Of a stretch of DNA of 64,000 nt, positions 1 through 9,746 are shown piece by piece (within the stretch, counting starts at the first letter, position 1; the number at the start of each line of letters is the position of its first letter). The notes under the pieces are model-generated. The model did not search any database, was not told the DNA's origin, and saw nothing but the letters and a program-made list of their open reading frames with translations. The DNA is from Escherichia coli (GTDB lineage Bacteria; Pseudomonadota; Gammaproteobacteria; Enterobacterales; Enterobacteriaceae). The DNA lies in the NCBI RefSeq assembly GCF_017348835.2, contig NZ_CP071375.1; one strand, given 5' to 3'. The position numbers were made by a program, and so were the translations under genes.

Positions 1-805
1 CTTGGCGCGGGTTATGAATTTGTCGGGTAACCAGCAGGGATTGCGCCATCGCCTCACGGACCATGTAATCCGGCAAAAAACCAATCCCTTCACCTAAAAT
101 CTGGCACTGGCATTTGGTGTTGAAATCTGGCACCAGAATCGACTCCTGCCCATGCAGCAACCAGCCCACTTTTTTATTAATCGTATGTGCGGTGTCCTCC
201 ACCATAATATTAGGGTAGAGACGCAGCTGACTTTCGGCGATCGGCTCTGGCACAAAGGCTAACGGGTGATCCGGGGCGATGGCAAAGGCCCAGCGAATCG
301 CGCCAATCTCCGTGTAATCAATGCCGCCGCCGTCCAGCAGCGTGTCGGGCGCGCCAATAGCGATATTGGCCTGATTATTAATAATCGCATCCCAGACGCC
401 GTTATACACTTCGGTGGTGACGGTAATCTGGCAGGTAGGAAACTGCTTTTTCAGTACCTGCAATAAGCGCGCGGTGTGTTTAGGCGTATAAAGTAGCTGG
501 TTAATACAAATGCGAACCCGTGCTTCTATGCCCTGCGAAATAGTATCAATGCTACGTTTGATGGCGTGAAAATCATTCAGCAGGTCGGTAGCTTTGCGGA
601 AAAAATAACGCCCGGACTCCGTTAACTCAATGCTGCGGGTACTGCGAGTGAACAGCACCACATCCAGCCCCGTCTCCATACGCTTAATGGTGTAGCTAAT
701 GGCGGAAGTGGTTAAACCCAACTCTTCTGCGGCTTTACTGAAGCTGCCAAAACGCGCAGCGGTAGTAAATGCCAACAGATTCTCTTCGGTAAAAATTGAG
801 TTCAT
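1..805 (-). CDS. yahB: LysR-family transcriptional regulator, 5' part (C-terminus beyond window edge)
   Basis: Manual translation from the ATG at 803-805 (minus strand) gives MNSIFTEENLLAFTTAARFGSFSKAAEELGLTTSAISYTIKRMETGLDVVLFTR, a typical LysR HTH N-terminus; frame appears open to the window edge; synteny with yahC/yahD. Confidence 0.7.
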   Translation of the reverse strand, partial: MNSIFTEENLLAFTTAARFGSFSKAAEELGLTTSAISYTIKRMETGLDVVLFTRSTRSIELTESGRYFFRKATDLLNDFHAIKRSIDTISQGIEARVRICINQLLYTPKHTARLLQVLKKQFPTCQITVTTEVYNGVWDAIINNQANIAIGAPDTLLDGGGIDYTEIGAIRWAFAIAPDHPLAFVPEPIAESQLRLYPNIMVEDTAHTINKKVGWLLHGQESILVPDFNTKCQCQILGEGIGFLPDYMVREAMAQSLLVTRQIHNPRQ

Positions 806-896
806 TAAACCATTCCCGCCATTATCTAATATGAATTTCTCCAGGCATAACTGTAGAGGTATCAATTAAAGATGGGTAATCATTTTTGAATAACTT

Positions 897-1394
897 TTAA
901 TACCCGTCGCGTTTAGTCGTCGCTTCGCTTAATTTTTGTCCACCATATTCTGAAATTATCCCCACGCAGTTACCCGCCAGAAAACCCAGTAATGTCACCG
1001 TCCAGTTCATCCCGCTGGCAAAAAACAGCGTCATGCCGAGAAAGCCACCGGGAATAAATGACAGTAACCAGAAACGCCCTTGCCAGACCACCACCGCCGA
1101 GAAGGGTACGGTAGTAATTACGCTCGCCCAGAACGCGGACAGTCCACTTACAGAGGCCAGCCAACCAGCAGCCAGCGCGGCGAAAAACGCCCACACCATC
1201 CCGGAATAATTAACCGCCAGACTTCTGATAAACCCAGATTTACCGCCGCCTGCGGCATAAAAACTGCAAAAGGCGACGAAGCCAATGGTTCCTAATAATT
1301 CCCATCCCTGAGAGAGCCCGACATGTGAAGACACTAACTGCCAAAGCCCTGCACAAATACCGACGGTGACACCCGTTGCCGTGAGTCCGTTCAT
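897..1394 (-). CDS. yahC: small inner-membrane protein (165 aa)
   Basis: 165 aa hydrophobic ORF; length and position match yahC next to yahD. Confidence 0.75.
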   Translation of the reverse strand: MNGLTATGVTVGICAGLWQLVSSHVGLSQGWELLGTIGFVAFCSFYAAGGGKSGFIRSLAVNYSGMVWAFFAALAAGWLASVSGLSAFWASVITTVPFSAVVVWQGRFWLLSFIPGGFLGMTLFFASGMNWTVTLLGFLAGNCVGIISEYGGQKLSEATTKRDGY

Positions 1395-1651
1395 CTTGTT
1401 CCCCTCTGGTTAGACATGGACGAAAGCTACTCTTACATGTGCAGACTATAGAGAAATAAAACCTGATTGAGTGAAAGGGTATCGGGTCAAAGAAACAAAT
1501 ATTGCACTACCGCACACTGCGAAAAGATTGTTGAACATCATTCAACAAAAAGGCGAAATACGGCGAATTAAATTTAAGCGGGTTCTTTTATCAGATTATC
1601 GTTGCTATTCTCAATTCATCGAAAACAGCCACAAAAACCAGGGGAATGTGA

Positions 1652-2257
1652 ATGAGTATAAAAAATCTACCTGCCGACTATTTATTGGCTGCACAACAGG
1701 GTGATATCGATAAAGTAAAAACCTGCCTTGCGCTGGGTGTCGATATTAATACCTGCGATCGTCAGGGAAAAACGGCAATTACGCTGGCAAGTTTATATCA
1801 GCAATATGCCTGCGTTCAGGCATTAATTGACGCCGGAGCGGATATTAATAAACAAGATCATACCTGTTTAAATCCTTTTTTAATTAGCTGTCTGAACGAT
1901 GATTTAACGCTACTACGAATTATTTTACCGGCTAAACCCGATCTTAATTGCGTAACCCGTTTTGGCGGTGTCGGCCTGACGCCTGCCTGTGAAAAAGGCC
2001 ATTTAAGTATTGTAAAAGAGCTTTTGGCGCATACGGAAATTAACGTTAATCAGACCAACCATGTAGGCTGGACGCCGCTGCTGGAGGCGATTGTGCTTAA
2101 TGATGGCGGGATTAAACAGCAGGCGATTGTCCAGTTATTGCTGGAACACGGGGCCAGCCCGCACATGACGGATAAATATGGCAAAACGCCGCTGGAACTG
2201 GCGCGGGAACGGGGCTTTGAAGAGATTGCGCAGTTACTGATTGCCGCAGGTGCATAA
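1652..2257 (+). CDS. yahD: ankyrin-repeat protein (201 aa)
   Basis: Repeated GxTPL/A..G ankyrin-like motifs (GKTAITLA, GWTPLLEA, GKTPLELA); length 201 aa matches yahD. Confidence 0.85.
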   Translation: MSIKNLPADYLLAAQQGDIDKVKTCLALGVDINTCDRQGKTAITLASLYQQYACVQALIDAGADINKQDHTCLNPFLISCLNDDLTLLRIILPAKPDLNCVTRFGGVGLTPACEKGHLSIVKELLAHTEINVNQTNHVGWTPLLEAIVLNDGGIKQQAIVQLLLEHGASPHMTDKYGKTPLELARERGFEEIAQLLIAAGA

Positions 2258-2296
2258 ACCGGGAGGCTTGCTATCAACACACCAGAAAAACGGTGT

Positions 2297-3160
2297 GTGT
2301 GGGCGCTAACTGCGGATGCGGATTTTCTGGCGCAGCGGGGGCAAGGACAGGTTGAACAGGTCTTTGCCAGAGCGGTAAATATCGCACTCCCGGCTCGCCA
2401 GCAGTTGCTGACGCTGCTTTGTGAAGAGTACGACAATGCGCCAAACAGTTGTCGGTTGGCACTCACTCACTTTGATGGTCTGTTCCGGCATGGTGATAAG
2501 GTTCAGTTTGACGATCAAGGCATTACGGTTGGTCAACATCTTCATATAGAGATGAGTCGTTGTCGGCGTTGGCTGTCCCCAACCTTGCAAATGACCGCTG
2601 TGAATTTTCACCTTATCGCCTGGCAACAGTGGCACGACATTATTCATCAGCACCTGGGGGAAAATGAAACCCTGTTTAATTATCGCGGCGATAATCCGTT
2701 TTATCAGGCGTTAAATAAAGAATTACATATTAAACGACGGGCAGTTATTCAGACAGTAAACGATAAGCAAAATATCGCCTCAGCGGTCGCCAGTATGATG
2801 GGGTTAGGGATTGGCCTTACGCCATCAGCCGACGATTATTTAACAGGTCTGGCGCTTATTTTATTTATTCCCGGGCATCCGGCGGAAAAATACAAAGAGG
2901 AATTTTATCTCGGTCTGCAACGCGGCAGAAATAATACCACATTATTAAGTGCCATAACGCTGGAAGCCGCATTACAACAACGCTGCCGGGAAAATATTCA
3001 TCGTTTTATTCACAACATTATTTATGACATTCCTGGGAACGCAACTCAGGCAATAGAAAAAATTAAACATATTGGCTCCAGTTCCGGCTGCGACATGCTG
3101 TATGGCATGGCCGATGGTTGTGCGCTGAGCCAAACCTACGGAGGGAATTATGTCAGTTAA
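2297..3160 (+). CDS. yahE: DUF2877-family protein (YlbF-like), 287 aa
   Basis: 287 aa ORF directly upstream of and overlapping the FdrA-like gene; synteny. Confidence 0.75.
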   Translation: MWALTADADFLAQRGQGQVEQVFARAVNIALPARQQLLTLLCEEYDNAPNSCRLALTHFDGLFRHGDKVQFDDQGITVGQHLHIEMSRCRRWLSPTLQMTAVNFHLIAWQQWHDIIHQHLGENETLFNYRGDNPFYQALNKELHIKRRAVIQTVNDKQNIASAVASMMGLGIGLTPSADDYLTGLALILFIPGHPAEKYKEEFYLGLQRGRNNTTLLSAITLEAALQQRCRENIHRFIHNIIYDIPGNATQAIEKIKHIGSSSGCDMLYGMADGCALSQTYGGNYVS

Positions 3161-4697
3161 AATAGTCATTAAACCGAATACCTATTTTGATTCTGTCTCG
3201 CTGATGTCTATCTCCACGCGTGCAAATAAACTCGACGGCGTCGAGCAGGCATTTGTGGCGATGGCGACCGAAATGAACAAAGGTGTGCTGAAAAATTTAG
3301 GACTGCTGACGCCGGAGCTGGAACAGGCGAAAAACGGCGACCTGATGATTGTCATCAATGGTAAATCGGGTGCGGACAACGAGCAGTTGCTGGTGGAGAT
3401 TGAAGAACTGTTCAACACCAAAGCGCAAAGCGGCTCGCACGAGGCGCGTTACGCCACTATTGCCAGCGCCAAAAAGCATATCCCGGAAAGTAACCTGGCA
3501 GTGATTTCGGTCAACGGTCTGTTTGCCGCTCGCGAAGCGCGTCAGGCGCTGCAAAACGATCTTAACGTGATGCTGTTTTCCGATAACGTCTCGGTTGAAG
3601 ATGAACTGGCGCTCAAACAGTTGGCCCATGAAAAAGGGCTGCTGATGATGGGGCCGGACTGCGGCACGGCGATTATCAACGGCGCGGCGCTCTGCTTTGG
3701 TAACGCCGTGCGTCGCGGTAACATCGGTATTGTTGGCGCATCCGGCACCGGCAGCCAGGAGCTGAGCGTCCGCATTCATGAATTTGGCGGCGGCGTTTCG
3801 CAACTGATTGGCACCGGCGGGCGCGACCTGAGCGAGAAAATCGGCGGCCTGATGATGCTCGATGCCATCGGCATGCTGGAAAACGATCCGCAAACTGAAA
3901 TCATTGCGCTGATTTCAAAACCTCCCGCGCCTGCGGTGGCCCGTAAAGTGCTGGAACGCGCCCGCGCCTGCCGCAAGCCGGTGGTGGTCTGCTTCCTCGG
4001 TCGTGGCGAAACGCCGGTTGACGAGCAGGGGCTACAGTTTGCTCGCGGCAGCAAAGAAGCGGCGCTAAAAGCGGTGATGCTCTCCGGCGTGAAACAGGAA
4101 AATCTCGACCTGCATACGCTTAACCAGCCGTTGATTGCGGATGTGCGTGCGCGTCTGCAACCGCAGCAGAAATACATTCGTGGCCTGTTCTGCGGCGGCA
4201 CGTTGTGCGACGAAACCATGTTCGCGGTGATGGAAAAACATGGCGATGTCTACAGCAACATTCAGCCCGATCCGGAATTCCGCCTGAAAGATATCAACCG
4301 CAGCATCAAACACACCTTCCTCGACTTTGGCGATGACGACTTCACCAATGGCAAGCCGCATCCAATGATTGACCCCACCAACCGCATCAGTCGCTTGATC
4401 GAAGAGGCGCGCGATCCAGAAGTGGCGGTGATCGTGATGGATTTTGTGCTCGGATTTGGATCGCATGAAGATCCGGTCGGCTCCACCATCGAGGCGATCA
4501 AAGAAGCGAAAGCGATCGCCGCTGCCGAAGGACGCGAGTTGATCATTCTCGCCTATGTGCTGGGTACCGATCTTGATACGCCATCGTTAGAACAACAAAG
4601 CCAGATGCTGCTTGATGCCGGAGTGATTCTGGCGAGCAGCAGCACCAATACCGGATTGCTGGCGCGTGAATTTATCTGCAAAGGGGAGGAAGCCTGA
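3150..4697 (+). CDS. yahF: FdrA-like CoA-binding protein (succinyl-CoA synthetase alpha-like fold), 515 aa
   Basis: 515 aa; glycine-rich CoA-binding-like stretches (GIVGASGTGSQE); overlaps yahE end and abuts yahG start. Confidence 0.8.
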   Translation: MSVKIVIKPNTYFDSVSLMSISTRANKLDGVEQAFVAMATEMNKGVLKNLGLLTPELEQAKNGDLMIVINGKSGADNEQLLVEIEELFNTKAQSGSHEARYATIASAKKHIPESNLAVISVNGLFAAREARQALQNDLNVMLFSDNVSVEDELALKQLAHEKGLLMMGPDCGTAIINGAALCFGNAVRRGNIGIVGASGTGSQELSVRIHEFGGGVSQLIGTGGRDLSEKIGGLMMLDAIGMLENDPQTEIIALISKPPAPAVARKVLERARACRKPVVVCFLGRGETPVDEQGLQFARGSKEAALKAVMLSGVKQENLDLHTLNQPLIADVRARLQPQQKYIRGLFCGGTLCDETMFAVMEKHGDVYSNIQPDPEFRLKDINRSIKHTFLDFGDDDFTNGKPHPMIDPTNRISRLIEEARDPEVAVIVMDFVLGFGSHEDPVGSTIEAIKEAKAIAAAEGRELIILAYVLGTDLDTPSLEQQSQMLLDAGVILASSSTNTGLLAREFICKGEEA

Positions 4698-6115
4698 TGA
4701 GCCAGTCACTGTTTAGCCAACCATTGAACGTTATTAACGTCGGCATCGCCATGTTTAGCGATGACCTGAAAAAGCAGCATGTAGAAGTGACTCAACTCGA
4801 CTGGACGCCGCCGGGGCAGGGCAATATGCAGGTGGTGCAGGCGCTGGATAACATTGCCGATTCGCCGCTGGCAGACAAAATCGCCGCCGCTAACCAGCAG
4901 GCGCTGGAGCGCATTATCCAGTCGCATCCGGTGCTGATTGGTTTTGATCAGGCGATTAACGTGGTGCCTGGCATGACGCCGAAAACCATTCTTCACGCCG
5001 GGCCGCCGGTTACCTGGGAAAAAATGTGCGGCGCGATGAAAGGCGCGGTCACCGGGGCGCTGGTGTTCGAAGGGCTGGCGAAAGATCTCGACGAGGCGGC
5101 TGAACTGGCGGCCTCCGGGGAGATCACCTTCTCGCCGTGCCACGAACACGACTGTGTGGGATCGATGGCGGGTGTTACCTCGGCCTCGATGTTTATGCAC
5201 ATCGTAAAAAACAAAACCTACGGCAACATCGCTTATACCAACATGAGCGAGCAGATGGCGAAGATTTTGCGTATGGGCGCTAACGACCAGAGCGTGATTG
5301 ACCGCCTGAACTGGATGCGTGATGTGCAGGGACCAATACTGCGCGACGCGATGAAAATTATCGGCGAAATCGATCTGCGCTTAATGCTGGCGCAGGCGCT
5401 GCATATGGGCGATGAGTGCCATAACCGCAATAACGCCGGGACGACGCTGCTGATTCAGGCGCTGACGCCGGGGATTATTCAGGCGGGCTACTCCGTCGAG
5501 CAACAGCGCGAAGTGTTTGAGTTTGTCGCCAGCAGCGACTACTTCTCCGGCCCGACGTGGATGGCGATGTGTAAAGCGGCGATGGATGCGGCGCACGGCA
5601 TCGAATACAGCACCGTTGTTACCACCATGGCGCGTAACGGCGTCGAGTTCGGCCTGCGGGTCAGCGGCCTGCCGGGGCAGTGGTTTACCGGCCCAGCGCA
5701 GCAGGTCATCGGCCCGATGTTTGCTGGTTATAAGCCGGAAGATTCGGGGCTGGATATCGGCGACAGCGCCATCACAGAAACCTACGGTATTGGCGGGTTT
5801 GCCATGGCGACCGCGCCTGCAATCGTCGCGCTGGTGGGTGGCACGGTGGAAGAGGCTATCGATTTCTCCCGTCAGATGCGCGAAATCACCCTTGGCGAAA
5901 ACCCCAACGTCACCATTCCGCTGCTCGGTTTTATGGGCGTGCCGTCGGCAATCGACATCACCCGCGTGGGTAGCAGCGGCATTCTGCCGGTGATCAACAC
6001 CGCCATCGCCCATAAAGATGCGGGCGTCGGCATGATTGGCGCGGGCATTGTGCATCCGCCATTCGCCTGCTTCGAGAAAGCCATTCTTGGCTGGTGCGAA
6101 CGTTACGGCGTCTGA
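4697..6115 (+). CDS. yahG: DUF1116-family protein (YlbE-like), 472 aa
   Basis: 472 aa ORF; start shares a base with the yahF stop region (ATGA-type junction). Confidence 0.8.
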   Translation: MSQSLFSQPLNVINVGIAMFSDDLKKQHVEVTQLDWTPPGQGNMQVVQALDNIADSPLADKIAAANQQALERIIQSHPVLIGFDQAINVVPGMTPKTILHAGPPVTWEKMCGAMKGAVTGALVFEGLAKDLDEAAELAASGEITFSPCHEHDCVGSMAGVTSASMFMHIVKNKTYGNIAYTNMSEQMAKILRMGANDQSVIDRLNWMRDVQGPILRDAMKIIGEIDLRLMLAQALHMGDECHNRNNAGTTLLIQALTPGIIQAGYSVEQQREVFEFVASSDYFSGPTWMAMCKAAMDAAHGIEYSTVVTTMARNGVEFGLRVSGLPGQWFTGPAQQVIGPMFAGYKPEDSGLDIGDSAITETYGIGGFAMATAPAIVALVGGTVEEAIDFSRQMREITLGENPNVTIPLLGFMGVPSAIDITRVGSSGILPVINTAIAHKDAGVGMIGAGIVHPPFACFEKAILGWCERYGV

Positions 6116-6124
6116 CCTGCATGT

Positions 6125-6400
6125 TCATGCCGGATGCGGCGTGAACGCCTTATCCGGCCTTCGAATGGAACGAGAATCTGTAGGCCTGATAAGCGTAGCG
6201 CATCAGGCATTTGTCACCATTGCCGGATGCGGCGTGAACGCCTTATCCGGCCTACAAGTGGCGCAAGAATTTGTAGGCCTGATAAGCGTAGCGCATCAGG
6301 CATTTGTCACCATTGCCGGATGCGGCGTGAACGCCTTATCCGGCCTACGAGTGGCACGAGAATTTGTAGGCCTGATAAGCGTAGCGCATCAGGCAGTCTG
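6125..6400. repeat. BIME/REP array, about three units of GCCGGATGCGGCGTGAACGCCTTATCCGGCCTAC alternating with GTAGGCCTGATAAGCGTAGCGCATCAGGC
   Basis: Directly visible near-identical tandem palindromic units; produces spurious ORFs with repeated MRRERLIRP peptides. Confidence 0.9.
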
Positions 6401-6444
6401 GCGTTGGTCATAACCCCATCACCCTCTGTAGCGGACATAACAAC

Positions 6445-7395
6445 ATGAAAGAGCTTGTGGTCGTTGCCATTGGTGGCAACAGCATTATCAAAGATAACGC
6501 CAGCCAGTCGATTGAGCATCAGGCGGAGGCGGTGAAAGCCGTCGCCGATACGGTGCTGGAAATGCTGGCTTCCGATTACGACATTGTGCTGACCCACGGC
6601 AACGGGCCGCAGGTCGGTCTGGATTTACGCCGCGCGGAGATAGCCCACGAGCGCGAAGGGCTGCCCTTAACGCCGCTGGCGAACTGTGTGGCAGATACGC
6701 AAGGCGGCATTGGCTACCTGATCCAACAGGCGCTGAACAACCGGCTGGCGCGTCACGGCGAGAAGAAAGCCGTCACCGTGGTGACTCAGGTGGAAGTGGA
6801 TAAAAACGATCCAGGTTTTGCCCATCCCACCAAGCCCATCGGCGCATTCTTCAGTGAAAGCCAGCGTGACGAATTACAAAAGGCAAACCCTGACTGGTGT
6901 TTTGTTGAAGATGCCGGGCGGGGCTATCGCCGCGTGGTCGCCTCGCCGGAACCGAAACGTATTGTCGAAGCACCTGCCATTAAAGCGCTGATCCAACAAG
7001 GTTTTGTCGTAATTGGCGCGGGCGGCGGTGGAATTCCGGTAGTGCGTACTGACGCGGGGGATTACCAAAGCGTGGACGCGGTTATCGACAAAGATCTCTC
7101 TACCGCGCTGCTGGCCCGTGAAATTCACGCCGACATTCTGGTGATCACCACCGGGGTGGAAAAAGTGTGTATTCATTTTGGCAAACCCGAGCAGCAGGCG
7201 CTGGATCGCGTAGATATTGCCACCATGACTCGCTATATGCAGGAAGGACATTTCCCGCCCGGCAGCATGTTGCCAAAAATCATCGCCAGCCTGACGTTCC
7301 TGGAACAGGGCGGTAAAGAAGTGATTATCACCACGCCGGAATGCCTGCCAGCGGCGCTGCGCGGTGAAACGGGCACCCACATTATTAAAACGTAA
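6445..7395 (+). CDS. yahI: carbamate kinase paralogue (316 aa)
   Basis: N-terminus MKELVVVAIGGNSI and an internal GAGGGGIPVV motif typical of carbamate kinase family; length 316 aa. Confidence 0.85.
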   Translation: MKELVVVAIGGNSIIKDNASQSIEHQAEAVKAVADTVLEMLASDYDIVLTHGNGPQVGLDLRRAEIAHEREGLPLTPLANCVADTQGGIGYLIQQALNNRLARHGEKKAVTVVTQVEVDKNDPGFAHPTKPIGAFFSESQRDELQKANPDWCFVEDAGRGYRRVVASPEPKRIVEAPAIKALIQQGFVVIGAGGGGIPVVRTDAGDYQSVDAVIDKDLSTALLAREIHADILVITTGVEKVCIHFGKPEQQALDRVDIATMTRYMQEGHFPPGSMLPKIIASLTFLEQGGKEVIITTPECLPAALRGETGTHIIKT

Positions 7396-7404
7396 GGACG
7401 TAAG

Positions 7405-8787
7405 ATGAAAGAAAACAATAGCCGCCGTGAGTTTTTGAGCCAGAGCGGTAAGATGGTCACCGCCGCCGCGCTGTTTGGTACCTCTGTGCCGCTCGCCCAT
7501 GCGGCGGTCTCTGGCACCACAAACTGCGAAGCGAACAACACCATGAAAATCACTGACCCGCATTACTATCTCGACAACGTGCTGCTGGAAACTGGATTTG
7601 ACTACGAAAATGGCGTGGCGGTGCAGACCCGCACGGCGCGCCAGACCGTGGAGATTCAGGACGGCAAAATTGTCACCCTGCGCGAGAACAAGCAGCATCC
7701 GGACGCCACGCTGCCGCACTATGACGCTGGCGGTAAGCTGATGCTGCCCACCACCCGCGACATGCATATTCATCTCGACAAAACCTTTTACGGCGGGCCG
7801 TGGCGCTCGCTCAATCGTCCGGCAGGCACCACCATCCAGGACATGATTAAGCTTGAGCAGAAAATGCTGCCGGAGTTGCAACCATACACTCAGGAACGGG
7901 CGGAGAAACTGATCGATTTTTTGCAGTCGAAAGGTACTACCATTGCCCGCAGCCACTGCAATATCGAACCAGTTTCCGGCCTGAAAAATCTGCAAAATTT
8001 GCAGGCGGTGCTGGCGCGACGTCAGGCGGGCTTTGAGTGTGAAATCGTCGCCTTCCCGCAGCACGGTTTGCTGCTGTCGAAATCGGAACCCTTAATGCGT
8101 GAAGCAATGCAGGCGGGTGCGCATTACGTCGGCGGGCTGGACCCGACCAGTGTCGATGGCGCGATGGAAAAATCCCTCGATACCATGTTCCAGATTGCGC
8201 TGGACTACGACAAAGGCGTCGATATTCACCTGCACGAAACCACTCCGTCGGGCGTGGCAGCCATCAATTATATGGTTGAAACGGTAGAGAAAACGCCGCA
8301 ACTGAAAGGTAAGCTGACCATCAGCCACGCCTTTGCGCTGGCTACGCTCAACGAACAACAGGTAGATGAACTGGCGAATCGGATGGCGGCGCAGCAAATT
8401 TCTATCGCCTCGACGGTGCCGATTGGCACGCTGCATATGCCGCTCAAACAGTTGCACGACAAAGGCGTAAAAGTGATGACTGGCACTGACAGCGTTATCG
8501 ACCACTGGTCGCCTTATGGTCTGGGCGACATGCTGGAAAAAGCCAATCTCTACGCGCAGCTCTATATTCGTCCTAACGAACAGAACCTCTCCCGTTCGCT
8601 GTTTCTAGCCACTGGCGATGTATTGCCGCTGAATGAAAAAGGCGAGCGTGTATGGCCAAAAGCGCAGGATGACGCCAGCTTTGTGCTGGTGGACGCCTCC
8701 TGTTCCGCCGAGGCGGTGGCGCGTATCTCGCCGAGAACCGCAACGTTCCATAAAGGGCAACTGGTGTGGGGGAGTGTGGCAGGTTGA
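7405..8787 (+). CDS. yahJ: amidohydrolase-superfamily deaminase/hydrolase (460 aa), Tat/Sec-type signal-like N-terminus
   Basis: RREFL...AAALFG N-terminus, metal-binding HIHLD motif; length 460 aa. Confidence 0.8.
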   Translation: MKENNSRREFLSQSGKMVTAAALFGTSVPLAHAAVSGTTNCEANNTMKITDPHYYLDNVLLETGFDYENGVAVQTRTARQTVEIQDGKIVTLRENKQHPDATLPHYDAGGKLMLPTTRDMHIHLDKTFYGGPWRSLNRPAGTTIQDMIKLEQKMLPELQPYTQERAEKLIDFLQSKGTTIARSHCNIEPVSGLKNLQNLQAVLARRQAGFECEIVAFPQHGLLLSKSEPLMREAMQAGAHYVGGLDPTSVDGAMEKSLDTMFQIALDYDKGVDIHLHETTPSGVAAINYMVETVEKTPQLKGKLTISHAFALATLNEQQVDELANRMAAQQISIASTVPIGTLHMPLKQLHDKGVKVMTGTDSVIDHWSPYGLGDMLEKANLYAQLYIRPNEQNLSRSLFLATGDVLPLNEKGERVWPKAQDDASFVLVDASCSAEAVARISPRTATFHKGQLVWGSVAG

Positions 8788-9085
8788 TGCGCATTTGAAA
8801 CGCCTGCAACGGTGAATAGTAAGAGATTTAAGCCCCAGGGAGTGGGGCGGGAATGGTTTGCTAATGAATGATCCTGAACTTTATAATCTCCCGGCATAAT
8901 TTCCAGGGGATTATTTGAGAGAAATACACAAAAGTGAGTTTTAACAAAGGTATTTATCAGGCCATAAATGTGACCTGCTTCGGATAAAAAAGATTCAGTA
9001 TCGAAAAACCAATGATACTCTTGCTGATGGTTACCAACAGTAATTAAGATGTGATTTGTTTTTCCGTAATCGCAAAAATATTGCC

Positions 9086-9496
9086 ATGACCATAAAAGAA
9101 AAATTCTCACAAAAATATCCCCATGCTTCCTTTTGTACTTTTGGCGATTCAGCCGCGTTGGCCGATCACCTCGCAACGTTGATTGCGACTGGTGTTAAAA
9201 CAGCTTCCTGTGGTTCGCTGGCGGGATGTATTGAAGACAACGCATTTCCGATGATTGGTGAGTATAAGATTGTAGAAAATAGCCGTGGTGAGCCTGTATG
9301 TGTTATCAGAGTGATTGGCCTGCATTTACTGCGCTTTTCTGATGTCACCGCAGAGCTTGCCCGTAAGGAAGGTGAAGGTGACCTCAGTCTTGAATATTGG
9401 CGTAATGAACACCGTCGTTTTTTCCAGGCAGAAGGAAGCTATTCACCAGAAATGGACGTTATCTTTGAAGAATATGCCCTTATTGACGTTGTATAG
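9086..9496 (+). CDS. ASCH-domain (PUA-like) protein, about 136 aa
   Basis: ORF 9056..9496; the MTIKEKF start at 9086 is more plausible; ATLIATGVKTASCG resembles the ASCH GxKT core. Confidence 0.55.
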   Translation: MTIKEKFSQKYPHASFCTFGDSAALADHLATLIATGVKTASCGSLAGCIEDNAFPMIGEYKIVENSRGEPVCVIRVIGLHLLRFSDVTAELARKEGEGDLSLEYWRNEHRRFFQAEGSYSPEMDVIFEEYALIDVV

Positions 9497-9569
9497 ATAA
9501 CTATTTATCTACACGAAATAAGCTCACAAACATAAAATATCGCTAATTTTGTTTATTTTGCTGTTTTTT

Positions 9570-9588
9570 ACGTGATGAATGTCACACT
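9570..9588. promoter_or_regulatory. CRP-like half-site pair GTGA-N6-TCACA upstream of the ABC transporter
   Basis: Sequence acGTGAtgaatgTCACAct read directly; about 160 bp upstream of the binding-protein start codon. Confidence 0.35.
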
Positions 9589-9746
9589 TATTATTGCTGC
9601 CCGTTTTGTCCATATTTATAACCATATTTTTAATAGCTGCCTGAAATAGAGCTGTTTATTCTGCATAAAAATATTCGAAAATTCTTATTCTCTCCAGCGC
9701 GCTAATTTGGGCGAACACTTCCTGACTACCCTGCAATGAGGCTGAA

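Noticed and set aside
3297-6084. Antisense ORFs of up to 224 aa within yahF and yahG (for example 5381..6055, 3297..3893)
   Set aside because: They sit opposite long ORFs with clear domain signatures; their Arg/His-rich composition is typical of antisense frames of GC-rich genes.
6036-6448. ORFs 6036..6413 and 6134..6448 with internally repeated peptide blocks (sometimes annotated as yahH)
   Set aside because: They are translations of the tandem REP/BIME units between yahG and yahI; the repetition is DNA-level, not a real repeat protein.
8562-9176. 204-aa minus-strand ORF overlapping the yahJ 3' end and the downstream intergenic region
   Set aside because: It lies antisense to yahJ and the ASCH gene, has no recognisable domain or ribosome-binding context, and is low-complexity.
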